Source: Bdellovibrionales bacterium (GTDB lineage Bacteria > Bdellovibrionota > Bdellovibrionia > Bdellovibrionales > JAMPXM01). From it: a stretch of 13,131 nt of DNA. The notes under the pieces were generated by a model that worked only from the letters and a program-made list of their open reading frames with translations, searched no databases and was not told where the DNA came from. The stretch covers positions 1-13,131 of the forward strand of contig JAYUEN010000316.1 of the NCBI GenBank assembly GCA_043739185.1. Reading direction: 5' to 3'. The translations under genes and the position numbers were made by a program. Shown piece after piece: positions 7,152 to 13,131 of this stretch (the stretch's first letter is position 1; every line of letters begins with the position of its first letter).

Positions 7152-8909
7152 TTACATTTTCTCGGGAGTTGGAATTCCTAAAAGAGCCAGCCCATTTTTT
7201 ATCACCAGCCCCGTTGCCATTGCGAGCCCTAGTCTTGCCCATTTCAACTCATCAGTACTTGCCGTCGCAATTGGACACTCATGGTAAAACACATTAAACT
7301 TTTTTGCTAAATCATATAAATAATTACACAAAGCATTTGGCTTATAAGTCTCACTTGCACCAGCTACAATTGAATTAAAATTCATGAGCTGAAGTGATAA
7401 ATTCTTTTCAGCAATATGCGATAATAAGCTAAATTTAATATCATATTTCGCATTGAAAGCTAATTTACGAGCAAGACTTGCAATACGGGCATAAGAATAC
7501 TGAATGAACGGGCCCGATTCTCCGTCAATTTTTAGCCATTCTTCCATATCAAATACGATGCTTTTATTGGTATCAATTCTCAACATTCCGTAACGAATGG
7601 CACCCTTGGCAATCATTGTGGCCGTTTGATCAATTTCACTTTGAGTCCAATCACCTTGGTAGCGTAAAAGATATTTGTCTTTTACCATTTGTTCCATTTG
7701 GTGAATTAAACTTAGTAGCGGAACAATATTCCCTTTTCGAGAACTCATGGCTCCTTCGGGGAGCTCAACGAAATTGTACTGCAAATGAAAGCAATCCTTG
7801 GCTTGTTTAAATCCTAATATATCAAGAACTCTAAAGACCTGCTTAAAATGATGAGCTTGTCTGGTATCAACAATATAAATGCTCTTTTCAATATGAACAT
7901 CTTCAAATTTTCTTCTCGCCAGTTCTAGATCCTTGGTTGCATAAAGACCTGTGCCATCGGTTTTGAGAAGCAAACAAAAACCTAGGTTTTCGCTTTCAAG
8001 ATTCATTCCTATGGCGCCTTGACTCTCGACAAGCTTGCCTTCACTTAAACACTTCTTTGCGAATTTAACACTGTCGGCATCTACTTCTGATTCCCAATAC
8101 CAATAGTCAAATTCAACACCCGCCCAAGTATAAACTTCTTTCATTAAATCAATTGACCACTGACGTGTTTCTGTCCAGAGCTTAAAATATTCTCCGTGAT
8201 TTTCTTCTAAATCTTTTATGATTGCCGTAAGCTCTAATTTGTTTTTCGGTCCCGTTGGCGTACTTTCTTCATCCTCTAATTTAATATGAGCTTTTGAATA
8301 CATTCGACCTAACCACTCACCGCGATTTTTTTCTGGCCAGGACTCTTTATTGTGATGTTTGAGGTACCACAAACACTTGGCAACATGAGTTCCCATGTCT
8401 CCGGGAAAGGTTGCCGTGAGAATTTCAACGCCAGAGTATTTAAGCATACGCACCAGAGCATCACCCAAACACAGATTTCTCATATGCCCAACATGAAGTT
8501 CTTTGTGGGTATTGGGCTGAGAATATTCAATCATGGTTCGTGGATTTTTTTCTGAAAGTTTTCTTTGAAAAAATGACGAATTCAGAATTGGCTGCAATAC
8601 AAATTTAGATAAAGCATCAATCTGAATTCGCAAATTCAAATAGGGCCCAAGTGCAAGTGCACTTAAAATTACTTCATCTTCCTTTAAATTTTCTTGCAAT
8701 AGCTTTGCAACAACTGCTGGACCTGTCTTAAGTAATTTCGACAAAATGAAACAGCCAAAGGCAAGATCTCCCATTTCAAGATTGGGCGGCTCAACCAGCG
8801 CAAAGTAAAGATCATTGGTCTCGACCATCGCTTGCGGATAGGCTTGGCTTAAGGCCTCCTGAAGCTTTTGACTGATATGAAGGCGAATGGGATCATGGGC
8901 TAATTTCAT
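7152..8909 (-). CDS. argS: Arginine--tRNA ligase
   Basis: HIGH motif region EYSQPNTHKELHVGHMRN, LLKTDGTGLYATKDL, KMSKS-equivalent AMSSRKGN, GPFIQYSYARIASL, anticodon domain YLYDLAKKFNVFYH and C-terminal LGIPTPEKM. Confidence 0.98.
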   Translation of the reverse strand: MKLAHDPIRLHISQKLQEALSQAYPQAMVETNDLYFALVEPPNLEMGDLAFGCFILSKLLKTGPAVVAKLLQENLKEDEVILSALALGPYLNLRIQIDALSKFVLQPILNSSFFQRKLSEKNPRTMIEYSQPNTHKELHVGHMRNLCLGDALVRMLKYSGVEILTATFPGDMGTHVAKCLWYLKHHNKESWPEKNRGEWLGRMYSKAHIKLEDEESTPTGPKNKLELTAIIKDLEENHGEYFKLWTETRQWSIDLMKEVYTWAGVEFDYWYWESEVDADSVKFAKKCLSEGKLVESQGAIGMNLESENLGFCLLLKTDGTGLYATKDLELARRKFEDVHIEKSIYIVDTRQAHHFKQVFRVLDILGFKQAKDCFHLQYNFVELPEGAMSSRKGNIVPLLSLIHQMEQMVKDKYLLRYQGDWTQSEIDQTATMIAKGAIRYGMLRIDTNKSIVFDMEEWLKIDGESGPFIQYSYARIASLARKLAFNAKYDIKFSLLSHIAEKNLSLQLMNFNSIVAGASETYKPNALCNYLYDLAKKFNVFYHECPIATASTDELKWARLGLAMATGLVIKNGLALLGIPTPEKM

Positions 8910-8916
8910 GATTCAA

Positions 8917-8945
8917 ATGATACTGACTCTCATAAGATTGGTCAA
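8917..8945 (-). promoter_or_regulatory. Sigma70 promoter of argS (leaderless geometry)
   Basis: Minus strand TTGACC-N17-TATCAT, followed by only 7 nt before the argS ATG at 8909. Confidence 0.75.
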
Positions 8946-10430
8946 TCAACTCACAGATAAAAACCTGGTTTTAGCGAAAGCTCGCATCTTATTGATTTCT
9001 TCAAACCGAGACTGCGCAAGAGGAATGAATTTCTTTGCCTCAAGCAATAAAAGCTCAGTCGTTAAGGGCCTTTTGTCTCTTAAACATTTAAGTAAACTCG
9101 AAGTTAAAAATTGCTCTAATTCAGCTCCACTAAAATTCTCAGTGGCTTTGGCCAACTCATCAATACTTAAGATACCAGCTTTTAACTTATGCCATTTGAT
9201 TTGAATTTCTAAGATTTCTGTACGTTCTTTCAGAGAAGGCAAATCTACAAAGAATATTTCATCAAAGCGACCCTTGCGCAGAAACTCAGTTGGGAGACGC
9301 GAAATATCGTTGGCAGTTGCAACCAAAAAAACGTCTGTCTGCTTTTCTTGCATCCAAGTTAAAAACATTCCTAAAGCGCGATTGCTGGCGCCGCCATCGC
9401 TACTTGAATCCCCGCCTGCCGACATTATCTTTTCGATTTCATCAATCCAAAATACACAAGGTGCCATAGCTTCGACGATCGCGGTTGCTTTACGAAAATT
9501 CTTTTCGGTTTCTCCGATATACTTATCAAACAAACGAGAAGCATCGAGTTTGACAAGCGCTTGCCGCCACGTGCTGGCAATTACTTTCGCACAAAGCGAT
9601 TTGCCACATCCCGGAATGCCAACAAGCAGGATTCCCTTTGGGGCCGGAATATTCATCTGCCTTGCTTCTTCTGAAAAACCAACCGCAGCGGTTTTGAGCC
9701 AATCTTTTAATACGGCGAATCCTCCAATTTCAAATTTCGAGTTCGAGATCGGAAAAATTTCTAAAAGCCCACTGGATTGAATCAAGTCCGCTTTTCTTGC
9801 TAAGACAATATCGATATCCTGCGCGGTCAGTGCGCCATCTAAAGTAATGGCATAAGTCAAAATTTGTCGCGCCTGCCGAAGTGTGAGTCCTGAGAGCGAA
9901 GAAATCAAAGCATCTGTTTCTTCGGCTGAAATTTTCACTTGAATTTTTTGAGTTGCAGAAAGTACTTCTACAACTGCATTTAAGAGTGCTCTGAGCTCGG
10001 ATTTTCCGGGCAAATTAAGTTCGAACGGGACCGCGAGATGCGCGAGCTCACTGGATAAGCTCATTTGCGGAGAGCAAAGAAGTACAGATGTCTTTGGATT
10101 CACCAAGCTCGCTATGACTTCGCGAAAGAGTCTAACAATTGTAGGATTTTGCAAATGCGTTGCGAAATCTTTTAATAAAAAAACTGCCGGACTGGGGTAG
10201 TTTCGGATAAATTTCAAACACTCAATGGGATCATTGGAATTGATTTCTTCGTCTTTTCCGCTCGGTCTCAATCCACTCACGACTGACCATTCAAAAAACG
10301 TAACTGCAATATTTGAGGCCGCAAAACGCACAAGACTTCTAAGGCGCTCCTCCTCAAGAGTCTCGCAAACGATAAATGACTGTGAAGACTCCAAGAGAGA
10401 TTCTAACTTCTCGCAAATATCACGATTCAT
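8946..10430 (-). CDS. Ycf46-type AAA+ ATPase (degenerate N-terminal domain plus active C-terminal AAA)
   Basis: Walker A GIPGCGKS, Walker B VFWIDEIEK, sensor 1 ATAN, arginine-finger FLRKGRFDEIFFVDLP, FSGAELEQ. N-terminal ETLEEER and VFLLKDF are typical of Ycf46-like proteins. AGAGGAG RBS. Confidence 0.92.
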   Translation of the reverse strand: MNRDICEKLESLLESSQSFIVCETLEEERLRSLVRFAASNIAVTFFEWSVVSGLRPSGKDEEINSNDPIECLKFIRNYPSPAVFLLKDFATHLQNPTIVRLFREVIASLVNPKTSVLLCSPQMSLSSELAHLAVPFELNLPGKSELRALLNAVVEVLSATQKIQVKISAEETDALISSLSGLTLRQARQILTYAITLDGALTAQDIDIVLARKADLIQSSGLLEIFPISNSKFEIGGFAVLKDWLKTAAVGFSEEARQMNIPAPKGILLVGIPGCGKSLCAKVIASTWRQALVKLDASRLFDKYIGETEKNFRKATAIVEAMAPCVFWIDEIEKIMSAGGDSSSDGGASNRALGMFLTWMQEKQTDVFLVATANDISRLPTEFLRKGRFDEIFFVDLPSLKERTEILEIQIKWHKLKAGILSIDELAKATENFSGAELEQFLTSSLLKCLRDKRPLTTELLLLEAKKFIPLAQSRFEEINKMRAFAKTRFLSVS

Positions 10431-10538
10431 ATTAGTTAAGCTCCTCTTTCACCAAAGAGCTTACTATGATAATTGACCGCTTGCATATCTAGTCTTGGCC
10501 AACTCTCATCTCCTCGACCAAGGATGAGTAAAGGGTCC

Positions 10539-10964
10539 TTACTTCAAAATGATACCATTCACTTTGATCTGATCGATGCGTGGTTGAGCTCCAAAAAATT
10601 CTGCAATCGGCACAATCATTTCAACTCGATTAATTGCTTGGCAACTCATCTGATCTTTTGGTTGCGGCAAATGAGCCTCAATTACTGAATAACTGTATGG
10701 CTCAGCATTCTTCAACACAATAAAAGACGCGGGACTCTGACATATCGAGCTATACACAACAGTTGCAAAAAGTCTTGCATGATAGGGAGCCTTTTGCCGC
10801 GGATCCTGACTCGGAAAAACCTCTAGAATACTCAAATTTAAATGTTCGATGTGAGCCAGTTGCCCATCTAAAATGGGAGGGGTCACTTCTCCATTTGTAT
10901 CGACATTTGCAAATAATTGACTTGAAGCAAACAGCACCATTATTACAAAAAATAATTTTTTCAT
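10539..10964 (-). CDS. Hypothetical secreted protein (two Cys, probably beta-rich)
   Basis: Signal peptide MKKLFFVIMVLFASSQLFA; AAGGAG RBS; no recognisable family. Confidence 0.8.
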   Translation of the reverse strand: MKKLFFVIMVLFASSQLFANVDTNGEVTPPILDGQLAHIEHLNLSILEVFPSQDPRQKAPYHARLFATVVYSSICQSPASFIVLKNAEPYSYSVIEAHLPQPKDQMSCQAINRVEMIVPIAEFFGAQPRIDQIKVNGIILK

Positions 10965-11049
10965 TCTATTCTCCTTTTACAATTGAAGTCTAAAAATATT
11001 CCACCTGTATTCACTAGTGCACCCATCACAAATGAGCAACTTTGAATTT

Positions 11050-11706
11050 TCATTTAAGAATATCTTCATAAAAGGCGCCCATCGGAAGCCTCTTATGACG
11101 AAGCTGAATCTCTAAAATCCAGCGATTGGCTAGAGGAACTCTCTCTAAGCTTTTAAGAGAGCCCTTATAGTGAATCGCGTGAGGAAAATCACTTATGCGG
11201 TGACCATTTCCTCCTTGCAAATTGAGTATATAATCCATTTCGCCTGCTGCATGCTCAGCAAATTCGTAAAGTTTCACACCCGAAATTTGGTTTTTTAGCC
11301 ATTGCTCCTGAACTCTTAAAAAAATTTTTTCGCCTGCTGAAATCATTTTTTCAGCCTCTGCATTTTGGCCTAAAACAAAAGTTTGCCCGCAGTCCCCTTC
11401 GTGTCCATTGAATACCAGCCCGAGATCCAAAAAATAAAGATCACCCTTTTTAATTTTGATATGAGGCTCTGATATTTCACGAAAGCTCTTCATCGTATTG
11501 ATGCCAAAACGAATCTTTGAAGGATGCCAAATTTTTTCAACTTGGTGTTCTTGAAACAAGCCCTTTGCAACTTCATGCGCGTCTTCTTCGGTCATTCCTT
11601 CACTAATTAGTTTTGACAAATGCTTTAAGACCTCCCAAGTTTTACTTTGGGCCAAGGTCAGTAAATCAATGTGATAATTTGAGCCGGTAGCTTCTAAAGA
11701 ATCCAT
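11050..11706 (-). CDS. M24-family metallopeptidase (single pita-bread domain)
   Basis: Metal ligands in order: FLDLG (D), HEGDCGQT (D), GHRISDFPH (H), ILEIQL (E), AFYEDIL (E). Confidence 0.9.
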   Translation of the reverse strand: MDSLEATGSNYHIDLLTLAQSKTWEVLKHLSKLISEGMTEEDAHEVAKGLFQEHQVEKIWHPSKIRFGINTMKSFREISEPHIKIKKGDLYFLDLGLVFNGHEGDCGQTFVLGQNAEAEKMISAGEKIFLRVQEQWLKNQISGVKLYEFAEHAAGEMDYILNLQGGNGHRISDFPHAIHYKGSLKSLERVPLANRWILEIQLRHKRLPMGAFYEDILK

Positions 11707-11754
11707 GTAAATGGACTAGCACAAAATCTCTAAAAAGAAATAATTTTTTGATTG

Positions 11755-11872
11755 AGATAAGCCCAAGATTAATGCGACCCAGGCGTCCGAGGAGAAGGCG
11801 CGGAGGCCTACTTCCCGTAGGCCGCACAAGTCGACGAAGGCAACGAAGGTCCCTTTAATCTTGGACGCATCT
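11755..11872. repeat. ~120-bp GC-rich palindromic intergenic element (REP/MITE-like)
   Basis: Outer IR CCAAGATTAA (11763-11772) / TTAATCTTGG (11855-11864), extending imperfectly outward (AGAT/ATCT) and inward (GACC/GGTC). Central hairpin GGCCTAC-TTCCC-GTAGGCC (11805-11823). Visibly more GC-rich than the flanks. Confidence 0.7.
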
Positions 11873-11878
11873 ACAGGC

Positions 11879-12265
11879 CTAACTATGAACAATGACCCAA
11901 ACGAGATACATATGGGTGAGATGATGGACCATTTGGTCAAAACCAAGGGCGTTCCAAAAGCCTGGTTTATCATGGTCGTTAAAACGTCCTAAATAACGAG
12001 GCCCTGATTTGATGCGATCCATGACGAAATGAATTCCAAAATCAACCAAAGCAAGCCACCAAAGTTGTCCCATCTTAATAGTGACAACAATACATAGCGT
12101 AAGTGCAGCGTGCACTCCTGCATGCAAACAAAGCGGTAAGAAGAAATCCCAATTGGGACTGAATTTTTTAAGCATATATTCGCGCTGAAGAGGAAAGTCT
12201 GCCAAAAAATGCTTAAATTGATAAACAATCAATAGTAAAAAAATGTTTTCAGCGGTCGGGGCCAT
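11879..12265 (-). CDS. DUF3307 domain membrane protein
   Basis: HFLADFPLQ, LHAGVH, DFGIHFVMDRIK and GFDQMVHHL match the conserved His/Asp pattern of DUF3307, with hydrophobic segments. Confidence 0.85.
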   Translation of the reverse strand: MAPTAENIFLLLIVYQFKHFLADFPLQREYMLKKFSPNWDFFLPLCLHAGVHAALTLCIVVTIKMGQLWWLALVDFGIHFVMDRIKSGPRYLGRFNDHDKPGFWNALGFDQMVHHLTHMYLVWVIVHS

Positions 12266-12398
12266 CTAAGTTTGCTTTCTGCATAGTTGAGGCTTCTGCA
12301 CTAGTCTATTTCATTGCGAGAAAAAATTTAATTAAAAACTGCGTTTTACTTAAGTCTAGACCTTAGGCACCGCCAAAAACACTTCCCGCAATACAGAT

Positions 12399-12917
12399 CT
12401 ATTTAATTTGGCGCTTGGTGCGAGGCTTTGCATGATCTTTTTTATTGGGAATATGTATATCATATTCAAGCTTACCCGCAATTTCGAGATGAGCTTGTGA
12501 AATCAAATGATCACGCGAATTCATTTGTTGAATATACTTTTTCTCGCGTTTGTTTTGTTCCTCTTCCATATGTTCTTGAAATTTATCCTCGATAACTTCA
12601 CGTTTAACTGCATCTAGATCCGCAATCTTTGCCTGGGTTTTAAGAAAGCTCTGGCGCTCCTTTTCAAATTGGGCGGCTTCGCTTTCTCGCACTCTTAAGA
12701 GTTTTTTCAAATCGCTTTGTTCTTCTTTCGAAAGATGTTCGCGCTCCATCATATATATTTGATCATGTTTAAAATCTTCTTTTCGAGTTCTCATATTGGC
12801 CAAATACTCATTTAGTTGCTCACTCGACATTTCGTCGGCATATGAAAAATGCGGAAGCACGAGTGCCAGAGCTGCAAAAATCACCGATTTTAAAATTTTT
12901 GAACTTATGTGAAGCAT
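12399..12917 (-). CDS. Hypothetical secreted coiled-coil protein
   Basis: Signal peptide ending ...PHFSYA; E/K/Q/R-rich helical mature region; GGAGGAG RBS at 12924-12930. Confidence 0.8.
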   Translation of the reverse strand: MLHISSKILKSVIFAALALVLPHFSYADEMSSEQLNEYLANMRTRKEDFKHDQIYMMEREHLSKEEQSDLKKLLRVRESEAAQFEKERQSFLKTQAKIADLDAVKREVIEDKFQEHMEEEQNKREKKYIQQMNSRDHLISQAHLEIAGKLEYDIHIPNKKDHAKPRTKRQIK

Positions 12918-12938
12918 TTCGCACTCCTCCGCCCTTTC

Positions 12939-12965
12939 CTATCGGACTTTTAGATGGATATTTGA
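12939..12965 (-). promoter_or_regulatory. Sigma28 (FliA)-type promoter
   Basis: Minus strand TCAA-N15-TCCGATAG versus consensus TAAA-N15-GCCGATAA, 21 bp upstream of the ATG at 12917. Confidence 0.6.
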
Positions 12966-12982
12966 AGACAATCGCATCTTAA

Positions 12983-12998
12983 CGCAATGAATTAGCCA
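12983..12998 (-). promoter_or_regulatory. Sigma54-type promoter
   Basis: Minus strand TGGCTAATTCATTGCG = GG-N10-GC. With upstream flank, 14/16 identical to the GlsB promoter (12992-13007 vs 7052-7067). Confidence 0.55.
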
Positions 12999-13004
12999 CT
13001 CTAA

Positions 13005-13103
13005 TTTAGCTGGACCATTAGACTGTACAAAAGAGAGAATGCCCTGTTTTTATTAGGTCTATTTGTGTTTTTCACCCTTGTACAGTCTAGTGGTCCAGTT
13101 AAA
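13005..13103. repeat. 26-bp inverted repeat with 47-bp spacer
   Basis: TTTAGCTGGACCATTAGACTGTACAA (13005-13030) and TTGTACAGTCTAGTGGTCCAGTTAAA (13078-13103) give 24/26 Watson-Crick pairs. Confidence 0.9.
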
Positions 13104-13131
13104 AAAAATAAGAAAGCTAATTAAATGCAAA

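Noticed and set aside
9274..9780. 168-aa plus-strand ORF and other antisense or overlapping ORFs (e.g. 276-584, 6149-6550, 8887-9204, 10225-10476)
   Set aside because: They are shadows of well-supported genes on the opposite strand or in another frame, with no independent motifs.
11716..11973. 85-aa minus-strand ORF across the palindromic element
   Set aside because: Out-of-frame overlap with DUF3307 and simply reads through the GC-rich repeat; no RBS or recognisable protein features.
13005..13103. Integron attC site
   Set aside because: The ends only approximate RYYYAAC/GTTRRRY (ATTTAGC and GTTAAAA), the stem has no extrahelical bases, and there is no cassette array or integrase in view.
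1..13131. CRISPR array, tRNA/rRNA, transposase or integrase genes
   Set aside because: No regularly spaced repeats, cloverleaf or rRNA-like sequence, or DDE/tyrosine recombinase motifs were seen.

Overview
AT-rich bacterial chromosomal window, most likely from a Bdellovibrionota (Bdellovibrio-like predator). This assignment is inferred from recalled similarity of the ArgRS to Bdellovibrio ArgRS and from the style of the orphan secreted proteins. Bases 1-3031 hold the 3' end of an azol(in)e-type RiPP biosynthetic operon: a 5'-truncated azoline-forming YcaO ending in PHPFP, a SagB/ThcOx FMN dehydrogenase, and an RRE plus E1/ThiF-like leader-binding protein. No convincing precursor or transporter lies in the window. 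Downstream are a convergent AmpC-like serine hydrolase lipoprotein, a secreted/membrane orphan, a convergent USP and GlsB/YeaQ pair, argS, a Ycf46-type AAA ATPase, a secreted orphan, an M24 peptidase, a DUF3307 protein and a secreted coiled-coil orphan. The non-coding DNA is unusually informative: three sigma54-type promoters, one sigma28-type promoter, probable leaderless transcripts for argS and the hydrolase, a GC-rich ~120-bp REP/MITE-like palindrome, and a 26-bp inverted repeat at the right end.
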